Below the pieces are notes generated by a model that was not told the origin of the DNA, did not search any database, and saw only the letters and a list, made by a program, of their open reading frames with translations. Of a DNA stretch of 64,000 nucleotides, positions 16,053-24,127 are shown piece by piece; the first letter of the stretch is position 1; every line of letters starts with the position of its first letter. Source of the DNA: a virus; IMG/VR virus record IMGVR_UViG_3300045988_100160, positions 804 to 64,803 of that record. One strand, 5' to 3'. The translations under genes and the position numbers were made by a program.

Positions 16053-16669
16053 TGGTTGCCACAGAAATTACAAATGGTCTGGTTGTCACCGAATGACTCA
16101 TCGAGATATTCAACCGCTTTACAAGTAGTCATAGGTCTTTGTTCGCCTGCGTACTTATACATACGTTTAAATGTTTGTCTTGCAGAGTCGAACGGATAAT
16201 TGACCTTAATGGTTGGTGTTTTCGCTTCATAACATCTAATGCTTGGTCTCAAGACATCTTCGTCAAGTACACCATTGGAAATTAACTCAGATAAAACTTG
16301 TTGTGCAATACCCAAGGACTTCTTGAGTCGTCTTGAGGTTAACATTTTGTATTCACCAAAATGTTTGGCAATCTCGCTGACTTTCATGCGTAAGCCATAC
16401 CGCAGCATTAATCGTTTCATACTGCTTGTGCCAATTTCTTTTCTTAGTCGCAAGAACGCATACATTAACTCCTTGATTTCTTCTTGTTCAATCAAGATGT
16501 CCTCTGGTGAGCGTTCGTAATCAAAATCCCTGTAACGTTTCATCTTGCGTACCAATTTCTTTGATATTCGCTCTTGGTCGAATTCTTTAAAAGACATACG
16601 GTTATCAAACTCGTGTATCTTAAAGAGTTCATCCGAATTAGAGCAAAAGAACTCCATTAGTTTATTCAT
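16016..16669 (-). CDS. sigma-70 region-4-like transcription regulator with C-terminal Cys motif
   Basis: RLMLRYGLRMKVSEIAKHFG...TSRRLKKSL resembles sigma region 4.2. The C-terminus carries CNFCGNQC. Confidence 0.45.
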   Translation of the reverse strand: MNKLMEFFCSNSDELFKIHEFDNRMSFKEFDQERISKKLVRKMKRYRDFDYERSPEDILIEQEEIKELMYAFLRLRKEIGTSSMKRLMLRYGLRMKVSEIAKHFGEYKMLTSRRLKKSLGIAQQVLSELISNGVLDEDVLRPSIRCYEAKTPTIKVNYPFDSARQTFKRMYKYAGEQRPMTTCKAVEYLDESFGDNQTICNFCGNQCTRLKDMEKRI

Positions 16670-16986
16670 GCGACCACCGTATATCTACTATCAACACCTG
16701 TAATTCGTTTAGACCGCTCACCGATGGATTGGCAACGGTCTGTACGGAAATCACATTGCACGATTGTACCGACATGTCTGCCGTTATGCGTTATCTTGCG
16801 ATAGTTGCCTTTCGTACGTTTCTTCTCTTGTTTTTCTGTTTCCTCATCTTCACGCAAAAAGATTACCTCTGGTGAAATCGAGTATAAATACTGTTGTATT
16901 AAATCCCTGTTGTTACCATAAATAGAAACACGATACAACTCTCCATTCTTGAACATATCCACTAAGAACATATATCTTTTATGCAT
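16666..16986 (-). CDS. hypothetical protein
   Basis: Track ORF. Confidence 0.5.
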   Translation of the reverse strand: MHKRYMFLVDMFKNGELYRVSIYGNNRDLIQQYLYSISPEVIFLREDEETEKQEKKRTKGNYRKITHNGRHVGTIVQCDFRTDRCQSIGERSKRITGVDSRYTVVA

Positions 16987-17003
16987 GGATTGTTTTACCC
17001 CTG

Positions 17004-17501
17004 TTATTTATTTGTTGACCCTGTACCACCTGTGCGTTTGGCGGTTGTACAATCGTTATCTGCTAAGTGATATTTTGTAAAGATGCCTTGAACGATATGT
17101 TCGCCTGCTGAGATTGTTTGAGTGGTGTCTCCATAGTTGTATAACACAACCATGATTTCACCCTCGTTGTCTGGGTTATTGTAATAATCGGCATCAATAA
17201 CCGATGCACCTGTCGCAAGCATTAATTGCCGTTTAATACCCAAAGATGAACGTACTCGTAAATCCAAGTACTCATCAAATGGCATATACGCCTTGATGCC
17301 TGTGCGGATTAACACCGATTGTTTTGGCTCGATAGTATAATCTTCATTCACATAAATATCATAACCAGCACTATGGGATGTACCTCGTGTTGGTTTTTTA
17401 ACGATTGTTCCTAGGCGTGATACAGGCTCAAACCCTCGTACTCGCTTTACTATTGGTTTAAGACCGTGATGTTTTCGTATTGCATTTAATGTTTGACTCA
17501 T
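17004..17501 (-). CDS. dut: dUTP diphosphatase (trimeric dUTPase)
   Basis: SAGYDI, RSSLG, GVIDADY-like (SVIDADYY) and C-terminal RTGGTGSTN motifs. Start ATG 17501 lies 7 nt after GGAGG. Confidence 0.8.
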   Translation of the reverse strand: MSQTLNAIRKHHGLKPIVKRVRGFEPVSRLGTIVKKPTRGTSHSAGYDIYVNEDYTIEPKQSVLIRTGIKAYMPFDEYLDLRVRSSLGIKRQLMLATGASVIDADYYNNPDNEGEIMVVLYNYGDTTQTISAGEHIVQGIFTKYHLADNDCTTAKRTGGTGSTNK

Positions 17502-17515
17502 AATCAATCCTCCGT

Positions 17516-17848
17516 TTATACAAGAACTTCAACAGTAATATACTGTCGTCCAAATTTAATGGCATCATCGTATGATGGCATCCAAATATCAATAGCATTT
17601 GAATAGCCACCACCGAATCTATCTTTTACGACATACGTTCGACCGTTGATAATTACTCGTGTACCGAACGGTAAATCGTCACTTGCGATTGCTCCATCGT
17701 GTGTCCATTCACCGTTTGCCATTGTACCACGGTCTGTATACGCAGATACCTCGGCTTGCATTTGGTATGCATGCGATGGTATTAAACCACCAAGGAATAA
17801 CACAAATGCAAGCAAACCCAGTCGTAACATATCTAAGCGTTTTTTCAT
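17516..17848 (-). CDS. secreted 3D-domain protein (peptidoglycan-acting)
   Basis: Trimmed to ATG 17848 after ACAGGAGA. Signal peptide MKKRLDMLRLGLLAFVLFLGG. 3D-domain-like YVVKDRFGGGYSNAIDIWM. Confidence 0.6.
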   Translation of the reverse strand: MKKRLDMLRLGLLAFVLFLGGLIPSHAYQMQAEVSAYTDRGTMANGEWTHDGAIASDDLPFGTRVIINGRTYVVKDRFGGGYSNAIDIWMPSYDDAIKFGRQYITVEVLV

Positions 17849-17965
17849 ATATCTATCTCCTGTTGTCGTAATATTCAACAATTTGTTTAATCCATAAGTA
17901 GCACATATAAATAAATCCAATAAACATTAATATGGCGATTAATTTGTGCACCAGCACCAGAATAA

Positions 17966-18526
17966 TTAAACAGTCCATGATTGCACAGCATCCATTGCGT
18001 GGTTTAATTCATCAACGATACTGTCTTGTGCTTGATACCCAAGTTGCATCGCCCAAATCAACCCAACAGTTAATGTGTAGTCGTTTAATAATGCACCAGA
18101 CACAATCTTGTTAACTTTAGACTGATTGTCTTCGTCTAAGCGATACACGGCAATCAGGTTTTCTTTTTCGACTTCATCGAACTCGGAGACGGAATATTCT
18201 TCCTCAATGTCGCCTTGTGTGTTAACAAATGCATGTACGATAATATCGCCATGGAATACAGTAAAGGCTTCATCAATCACACCCAAGTCGCACAAGCATT
18301 TGTCCAATGCTTCACCATTCAAGAACGCTTGACGTGCAATCTCACTGGTGTCCTCATCTACATCGCCTGTTAAATACACAAGCCAATGCGGATGCAATTT
18401 ACGAATGTCTTCGCATGATGGTGAGTCTGTGGATGTCAAACAATAAGATTGACCGTTGAACCACAATAGTTGTTCTCCCCAAAGTTTATTTAAACCATCT
18501 GTATTTATTAATTTTTGTTCTAGCAT
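17966..18526 (-). CDS. hypothetical acidic protein
   Basis: Track ORF with an ACAGGAGA RBS. Confidence 0.55.
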   Translation of the reverse strand: MLEQKLINTDGLNKLWGEQLLWFNGQSYCLTSTDSPSCEDIRKLHPHWLVYLTGDVDEDTSEIARQAFLNGEALDKCLCDLGVIDEAFTVFHGDIIVHAFVNTQGDIEEEYSVSEFDEVEKENLIAVYRLDEDNQSKVNKIVSGALLNDYTLTVGLIWAMQLGYQAQDSIVDELNHAMDAVQSWTV

Positions 18527-18540
18527 AATGCAATCTCCTG

Positions 18541-18960
18541 TTATGGTGTAATATCATAAACTTTAAACTCAATGCGTGGATGCTCACTATAGCGTTTTCT
18601 ACAGATTACATCACACACTTGATTATCATCGTGCCACACGATACCACTCAAGGCATCCATGACACCTTTTAATACGTTATCAATATCTGGTTTCTTAGTC
18701 GGTAGAATTAAGCCTGATTTCATATCTTCTCGGTCTTTCTTGCGACCACCAGATGGTATCTTTCTATAAATATCAAGTTCAAACAATAATGGAACTTCCG
18801 TTACATCTTTTGGATGCTGTATAGAGTCTTTAATCAGTTGTTTGTAAGCCTTGGACTTTGGAGGGTCGTATGCTCTTACGAAACGACCTCGTCCACATAG
18901 ACGTGGACGACCCTGTGGAACAGGTTCACCCATTACTGTTGCTGAATAAATTAATTTCAA
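18541..18960 (-). CDS. rusA: RusA-family Holliday junction resolvase (TTG start)
   Basis: GEPVPQGRPR near the N-terminus and a DIDNVLKGVMDAL...DD acidic motif. GGAGG lies 8 nt before TTG. Confidence 0.75.
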   Translation of the reverse strand: MKLIYSATVMGEPVPQGRPRLCGRGRFVRAYDPPKSKAYKQLIKDSIQHPKDVTEVPLLFELDIYRKIPSGGRKKDREDMKSGLILPTKKPDIDNVLKGVMDALSGIVWHDDNQVCDVICRKRYSEHPRIEFKVYDITP

Positions 18961-18963
18961 GTA

Positions 18964-19146
18964 TTAAACCTCCGCTTTATCGTACAATCGACATAATGCA
19001 TCTGTAATATCATCGCAAGCCTTGTCCACGAGATGAACGGCTTCTTGCTTGGATAGGTCAGATTCTAACATTCGTCTGCGAACTTCCGCTTTCAGTTCGT
19101 TAGTTCTATAATCAATAATCGCAATCATGTGTAATTCTTTTACCAT
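18964..19146 (-). CDS. hypothetical small protein
   Basis: Track ORF with a GGAGAA RBS. Confidence 0.5.
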   Translation of the reverse strand: MVKELHMIAIIDYRTNELKAEVRRRMLESDLSKQEAVHLVDKACDDITDALCRLYDKAEV

Positions 19147-19149
19147 AAT

Positions 19150-19776
19150 TTATTCTCCGATTACAGCTTTGATTTTATCAACTTGTTCCTTTAAATGGTT
19201 TAAGTCCTTAGAATTGTTGATTACAAAATCACATTGAGATTTTAAATCATCAACAGATGTCTCTGACACATCATTAAGCCGTGTTTCATCGCACGAACCA
19301 TCTCTTTTCTTCATTCTCTTAACCCGTTCTTTTTTATTCGCCGAGATAAAGATTGCAACATTAAATGCTGGGTCTCCGACTTGTAATTCTCTCAACATAT
19401 CAAGTTCATTTTGATAACGACAATCAGTAACAATATATCGACTTGGTTTGTCTATGAGTAGCTGATTCTTTAAGACAACAATCCAAAAGTCTTTAAATAA
19501 AGCTCGCAATCCATTACCAAGTGCTTGCAGATGCTTCCGCTGTTTGCCATCTAAGACTGTTTTCTCAATCGTTTGTACCACAGGTAGAATACCTTGTAAT
19601 TCTTCGATTGAATATCCACTTAGGTCTGATAAATATTTCATACCTGCATCTACACTCTCTGATTGAACAATGGAGACCATCTCTTTAATGGCATCTGCAT
19701 ATGCATATTGTGGAATGTCACCAAACATTTCAGCAACAGTATCTTTACCAACACCAGCACGACCAATTAATATCAT
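19150..19776 (-). CDS. P-loop kinase, dNMP-kinase-like
   Basis: N-terminal Walker A GRAGVGKDT. Size and genomic context (dut, thyX) fit a nucleotide kinase. The function is tentative. Confidence 0.5.
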   Translation of the reverse strand: MILIGRAGVGKDTVAEMFGDIPQYAYADAIKEMVSIVQSESVDAGMKYLSDLSGYSIEELQGILPVVQTIEKTVLDGKQRKHLQALGNGLRALFKDFWIVVLKNQLLIDKPSRYIVTDCRYQNELDMLRELQVGDPAFNVAIFISANKKERVKRMKKRDGSCDETRLNDVSETSVDDLKSQCDFVINNSKDLNHLKEQVDKIKAVIGE

Positions 19777-20078
19777 TCTACTACCTCCGCATCCGACACG
19801 TCTGCGTTTACAGGCTCTGCATCGAAGTTGAAACTAAAGATTTTCTGTAAACGCTCTTGTGTGATATATTTTGTATGTTTCTTTTTGTCTGGGAAATACA
19901 GTCTCACTCGTGGTGCGAGATAACCTGCTTGACTTCGTTCCCCATGCAGTTTTGTACAAATGTAAAACTCATCACCAACGCTTAAGTCATTAACAAATGC
20001 TGTTCTCGATTGTCGATGAATTGCTGTGACTCGGTAACGGTCAACAGTACGAAACTCTTGAGTTTTTATGTTTAACAT
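19773..20078 (-). CDS. hypothetical protein
   Basis: Track ORF. Confidence 0.5.
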   Translation of the reverse strand: MLNIKTQEFRTVDRYRVTAIHRQSRTAFVNDLSVGDEFYICTKLHGERSQAGYLAPRVRLYFPDKKKHTKYITQERLQKIFSFNFDAEPVNADVSDAEVVE

Positions 20079-20950
20079 TATTTTTTAATCCTTTCTTGAT
20101 AGTATGGACAGCAGTATGCCACCGAGCAATAGTCTTTACATTTACGACCCATTGGATATGTCTTGGACACCCATCGGTCTTTTGCGGAACACTCTCGTGG
20201 TAACTCCTGTTTAGCGATGGCATTTACCAAGGCATCTTTCTTGTATAACGCATAATCAAGCAACCGTTTGTCATTCATCTTAGGCAGTTGTATCAAGTAG
20301 CATTGTTTATCCAGATTAAATGTTTTAATCGTATTGATTGGCTCTTTAATAATCACTTGTAAAAACATGTCGTTAACTGGTATGCCATGTTTCCCCAATA
20401 GTATACGATATAAATTTTGTTGCTTGCAGTAATCGCCATAATGATGTAACCCATCGTACACCCATTGTTGTCGCATCTCGGTTTCACCCTTGCGTTTACC
20501 ACGAGTGATTGTATATGGTCGCCACAAAGGTCTACCACCCATCATTGTCGCACACTTATATGCACCAACGACTTTATAATCATACAAGGTATGATGCTCT
20601 AAGTCAATACAGTCCATCTGACCTGTGAGACCCTGATAATTTAATCGAAACTCGCCTGCGTAATTCTGGGGTAGACAATTCTCAAGTATACCATGCATGC
20701 TTGTACCGACTGTCGCAGCAATCGAGGAAAATGGATTGATTGTCTCTGGATTGTTTGCCTTTAGATACATATATAATGTTGGAGACAATACCTCTGTGAC
20801 TGAGAAGTGGTCTCTATTTAAGTTCCTGAGACAACTTGCATTTACCAACAATGGTTTAGCAAGACATCGTTGCCCCATACGACATTCTTTCATGCAATCT
20901 TTCACAAGTATGGTTTTGCCGTCAGGACACAAAAATGAATTTTCTTTCAT
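20078..20950 (-). CDS. PD-(D/E)XK nuclease with Cys cluster (Cas4/RecB-like exonuclease)
   Basis: D...E..LYDYK nuclease-like motif, N-terminal Cys residues, and a C-terminal CKDYCSVAYCC cluster typical of Fe-S Cas4/AddB-type nucleases. Confidence 0.6.
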   Translation of the reverse strand: MKENSFLCPDGKTILVKDCMKECRMGQRCLAKPLLVNASCLRNLNRDHFSVTEVLSPTLYMYLKANNPETINPFSSIAATVGTSMHGILENCLPQNYAGEFRLNYQGLTGQMDCIDLEHHTLYDYKVVGAYKCATMMGGRPLWRPYTITRGKRKGETEMRQQWVYDGLHHYGDYCKQQNLYRILLGKHGIPVNDMFLQVIIKEPINTIKTFNLDKQCYLIQLPKMNDKRLLDYALYKKDALVNAIAKQELPRECSAKDRWVSKTYPMGRKCKDYCSVAYCCPYYQERIKK

Positions 20951-20976
20951 GTATTCACCTGCTTTCGTATATACCT

Positions 20977-21005
20977 ATTATACAGTATTTATCTGTGTTT
21001 GTCAA
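20977..21005 (-). promoter_or_regulatory. consensus promoter TTGACA-17-TATAAT
   Basis: -35 at 21005..21000 and -10 at 20982..20977 on the minus strand, directly upstream of 20078..20950. Confidence 0.8.
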
Positions 21006-21021
21006 CAATTTTCCACATAAT

Positions 21022-21064
21022 AAAAAGACCCAAGCGTGAAAGGAGGAAAACGCTTGGGTCTTTT
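21022..21064 (-). terminator. rho-independent terminator closing the tRNA island
   Basis: 10-bp stem gacccaagcg/cgcttgggtc (21027-21060) followed by TTTTT on the minus strand. Confidence 0.8.
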
Positions 21065-21189
21065 AAAGGAGTGCACTGTATTAACGTGCCAGTGCGAACA
21101 CTAAAGATTAAGATGATGGTTTGTAGAGGATTGCAAAATGTTTTCGTCTTTTGCTTGACGCTATTGCGTACGCAACAGTAGTAGTTGTG

Positions 21190-21262
21190 TGCACCCAGCA
21201 AGATTTGAACTTGCATCACGAGAAGATGATAAAATCGTTGCTTTTCATTAAGCTATGGGTAC
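21190..21262 (-). tRNA. tRNA-like gene with aberrant anticodon arm (isotype undetermined)
   Basis: The 7-bp acceptor GTACCCA/TGGGTGC, D-arm GCTT..AAGC and T-arm GCAAG-TTCAAAT-CTTGC are good. The anticodon region, however, is a 4-bp stem ACGA/TCGT with a 13-nt loop. Confidence 0.4.
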
Positions 21263-21417
21263 ATAACGACTTGGGTTTTACCCCAAGTCAGTCAGGAGGA
21301 AAAATCATGCGTATCTCTTGGACTGTTACCCAAGACATACGATGTATGCCATCCGAATGAGAAACCCTTGAGTAACCCATTCGGTGATACAATGCCGTAA
21401 CATATGTATCGTGGCTA

Positions 21418-21503
21418 TGGTGCCGTTGATAGGATTCGAACCTATGAAGCTATAAGCGACAGATTTACAGTCTGTTGTCTTTATCCATCTTGACTACAAC
21501 GAC
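21418..21503 (-). tRNA. tRNA-Tyr (GTA), long variable arm, CCA encoded
   Basis: Hand fold: acceptor GTCGTTG/CAACGGC, anticodon stem ACAGA/TCTGT with loop CTGTAAA, and T-arm ATAGG-TTCGAAT-CCTAT. Confidence 0.85.
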
Positions 21504-21507
21504 ATGC

Positions 21508-21597
21508 TGGAGGAAAGTGTGGGATTTGAACCCACGGAACATTTCTGTTCAACAGTTTTCAAGACTGTCGCATTAAACCAGACTCTGCCAACTTTCC
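21508..21597 (-). tRNA. tRNA-Ser (TGA), type II, CCA encoded
   Basis: Acceptor GGAAAGT/ACTTTCC, anticodon stem ACAGT/ACTGT with loop CTTGAAA, long variable arm, and T-arm GTGGG-TTCAAAT-CCCAC. Confidence 0.85.
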
Positions 21598-21600
21598 ATG

Positions 21601-21675
21601 TGGCTCTTGGGATAGGACTCGAACCTATAACTCTCTGGTTAACAGCCAGATGCTCTACCATTGAACTACCCAAGA
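21601..21675 (-). tRNA. tRNA-Asn (GTT), CCA encoded
   Basis: Acceptor TCTTGGG/CCCAAGA, anticodon stem TCTGG/CCAGA with loop CTGTTAA, and T-arm ATAGG-TTCGAGT-CCTAT. Confidence 0.9.
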
Positions 21676-21838
21676 ATAAATACAACACCACTATATACTA
21701 TCGGATTTGCACTCGATATTTCCGCCCAAAAGGACTTTGTTTTACTCTTAAACTAAGTATGTAGCTGTTGCGTGGCATACATGGTAAAACATTCCATGGC
21801 TACGTTCTACCCTTAACGGCAATGCATGAATACCGTTT

Positions 21839-21928
21839 TGGAGGATGGTACAGGATTTGAACCTGTGGTTGTTTTGCAACAACATTTCTTTAGCAAAGAA
21901 ACTCAATAAGCCACTCTGACAACCATCC
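21839..21928 (-). tRNA. tRNA-Ser (GCT), type II, CCA encoded
   Basis: Acceptor GGATGGT/ACCATCC, anticodon stem TTTCT/AGAAA with loop TTGCTAA, long variable arm, and T-arm ACAGG-TTCAAAT-CCTGT. Confidence 0.85.
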
Positions 21929-22030
21929 ATGTGAGTGGGTTGAGAAAACAGGGTACCTCCGTTCTCTCTCTAACGGCAAACCAACTCATACCGACCACCA
22001 TGGTTGCGACCCATAGTGGATTTACCTTAT

Positions 22031-22146
22031 GGAGAATGTTGGATTCGAACCAACGTCTTCTACTTCGTACACTCTGAACCGTCAAATTTCTGGAGTCGAA
22101 CCAGTATGTTGAACCTCATAGTGCTTTACCATTAAGCTAATTCTCC
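22031..22146 (-). ncRNA. 116-nt tRNA-like element with about 40 extra nt and a second T-arm-like hairpin
   Basis: Perfect acceptor GGAGAAT/ATTCTCC, D-arm GCTT-AATGGTA-AAGC and 3' T-arm GTTGG-TTCGAAT-CCAAC. The interior holds a TATG/CATA stem with 8-nt loop AGGTTCAA, plus CTGG-TTCGACT-CCAG. Confidence 0.4.
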
Positions 22147-22149
22147 ATG

Positions 22150-22246
22150 TCTACCGCCATACAATCCTTGTTGTATCATTCGACCACCGAAAGATTGCAA
22201 TCTCGATGTCTTATGTTCGTATACGTCTATACTCATCGGCGGTAGA
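22150..22246 (-). ncRNA. 97-nt multi-hairpin structured element closed by a 9-bp stem
   Basis: TCTACCGCC pairs with GGCGGTAGA. Four internal hairpins by eye: GATG..CATC, AGAT-TGCA-ATCT, TTCG-GTGGT-CGAA and ATACAA-CAAGGA-TTGTAT. There is no ORF. Confidence 0.35.
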
Positions 22247-22510
22247 TGTGTATACACTCCGTTGCTTATCGCACGTCAACGACTGCGGATTTTAACGTCT
22301 GGTCTGACGGCAGTAAGAAATTCGTAGTATGGTTTTAATACTTACATTTCTACATATGATTGTTGTCGCTTTATCTAGCGTGTGCAATTATGGAATGGCA
22401 CAAGACCCTAGGTTGACATCTCTAGTGATGGTTTGCAGTTGTCTCTGACATGTTTTCTCGTCACATGTAACGCCACACTTTTGACACGGTAGTCAGCACC
22501 GTATGCTATT

Positions 22511-22569
22511 TGGGTCTCTTGGGAATCGAACCCAAGCTCAAGTGTACTGATTGCATCCTGCAACGACCC
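22511..22569 (-). ncRNA. truncated tRNA-like element (T-arm plus acceptor 3' half, no D or anticodon arm)
   Basis: TTGGG-TTCGATT-CCCAA followed by GAGACCCA. The 5' partner GGGTCGT pairs only partly. Total length is 59 nt. Confidence 0.35.
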
Positions 22570-22649
22570 ATGTGTGTCAACGGATGTGACTCCGTTGACT
22601 ATGTTAAGAAAGGAGGTGCACCAAGGAGGAACACAACCCTTGGTACATT

Positions 22650-22681
22650 ATTATAATAACACTTGCAGTCGTATATGTCAA
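22650..22681 (-). promoter_or_regulatory. promoter TTGACA-17-TATTAT driving the tRNA/ncRNA island
   Basis: -35 at 22681..22676 and -10 at 22658..22653 on the minus strand. It lies between the dnaB-like stop and the RNA island. Confidence 0.75.
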
Positions 22682-22697
22682 GTATTGATTTGTGTTT

Positions 22698-23858
22698 TTA
22701 TGAGAAATAATTTATCTCTGTTAAATGAGATGTTTTATCGTCATACTTGAATTGGAAGATGTTTGCTGGCCCTCGTAATTTTCTGCGAGTTTTACCAATT
22801 TTAACATATGTATGGTTCTTGATTTTCTCACGCTCGTCAAAATCAAGTTGCGTGTCAGTCATATACGGTCGCCATAACAACAGAATAATATCTGCGATGG
22901 CTTTAAGTGCATTAGAACCTTTGATGTATCTCAAGATTGGTTCATATGGTTTCTTACTTTTTTCTTTGCCAAAGGTGTTTTGAGATTCCTCATTGAACTG
23001 ACAAAGCATAAACAAAATCAAATTGAATTTCTTAACGTATTCTTTCATTTTGTTTGCATTTTTTGACAACACAGGAATGTCGTCAATGTCAGGTATCAAG
23101 TGGAAATGGTCGAATATAACAAAATCCACAGGGAAATCATTGGCATAACACGCTTCGGTAATCTTCTCAAGGTCTTCAATGGTCTTATTTGGTTCGTCAA
23201 CAAAGCGTACACGCTTATCCAATATAGATGCCACTTGAGAGTAAATCTCAATGCCTTGTTCTGTTTGCAACATCTCGAATAACTCGTCTTCTTCAACCTC
23301 AAGAATTTCCTTGACAATTTCAGCTAAGAATTGACCTCGTGGCATCTCCAATGAGAAAATCAAGACATTATCCTTTGAGTCCATCAACCGATGTGCGGCA
23401 ACCTTGGCTGCAAAGAATGATTTACCTTGGTTGGTATACGCACCAAGCAACACGATTTCTCTACGCTTAACACCATTGATAGCAAAATCTAAGGATGGGA
23501 ATCCAAGGGGAACACCCTCTTGACCGATGAATGTCTTCATGTCTTCAAACGAGTCTTTAAATCCATGGACTTTTTCCCAAAGTTCTTCACTATTTGAGGC
23601 GGTCACATCGAGATAATTTTTGACATCTTCAATGGTTCTATCCCATCTCTTCGCTAACATGGTTGCAATATCGGCAAGCACCATTTTGTCGTTGACTGAC
23701 TTGCAGAACCGAGATGCTTTTTTATATTGGTCTTCTTTCCTTGGGTATTCTTCCAACAGGACATTCAAGCATGTAATATCTAATGGTTCAGTCTCAAGTG
23801 AGCCAATGTCAATATTTTGTACTAACAAGTCGTTATAATCTTTACATTGTTTCTCCAT
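22698..23858 (-). CDS. dnaB: DnaB-family replicative helicase
   Basis: Walker A GAYTNQGKS, the DnaB motif FSLEM, and a Walker B-like VIFDHFHLI. Confidence 0.8.
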   Translation of the reverse strand: MEKQCKDYNDLLVQNIDIGSLETEPLDITCLNVLLEEYPRKEDQYKKASRFCKSVNDKMVLADIATMLAKRWDRTIEDVKNYLDVTASNSEELWEKVHGFKDSFEDMKTFIGQEGVPLGFPSLDFAINGVKRREIVLLGAYTNQGKSFFAAKVAAHRLMDSKDNVLIFSLEMPRGQFLAEIVKEILEVEEDELFEMLQTEQGIEIYSQVASILDKRVRFVDEPNKTIEDLEKITEACYANDFPVDFVIFDHFHLIPDIDDIPVLSKNANKMKEYVKKFNLILFMLCQFNEESQNTFGKEKSKKPYEPILRYIKGSNALKAIADIILLLWRPYMTDTQLDFDEREKIKNHTYVKIGKTRRKLRGPANIFQFKYDDKTSHLTEINYFS

Positions 23859-24127
23859 TAGTCCTCCGATAACGTAATCACGGTATTGGATTTCTTATGA
23901 TATTCATCGACATAATACTCATTGGTATTGCCATTAAATGTCACTTCCCAGTATGTATGGTCGTAATCATCATGTGTTGACATAACCAATGCTTTATGGT
24001 TTCGCAATGTTTTTGAGAACCAAACAATGTTTAGAGACTCAGATACCTCATCAACTTTATTGTCTTCGACATTCATGGTAAGCAATACGGCTTCGATACA
24101 GTTATCAATAAATTTATTCATTACCAT
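23858..24127 (-). CDS. hypothetical protein
   Basis: Trimmed to the ATG after cACAGGAGGttac. ATG 24121 is also possible. Confidence 0.5.
   Translation of the reverse strand: MVMNKFIDNCIEAVLLTMNVEDNKVDEVSESLNIVWFSKTLRNHKALVMSTHDDYDHTYWEVTFNGNTNEYYVDEYHKKSNTVITLSED

Noticed and set aside
20989-21219. ORFs 20989..21219 and 20999..21181 between the nuclease gene and the tRNA island
   Set aside because: This interval is occupied by a consensus promoter and a strong terminator, and the ORFs have no RBS.
21151-22085. Track ORFs across the tRNA island (21151..21360, 21494..21691, 21504..21764, 21748..21930, 21903..22085), plus a 17-aa ORF with AGGAGG at 21307..21360
   Set aside because: They overlap canonical tRNA genes or structured RNA. 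The AGGAGG at 21295 may be incidental. There is not enough evidence for a peptide.
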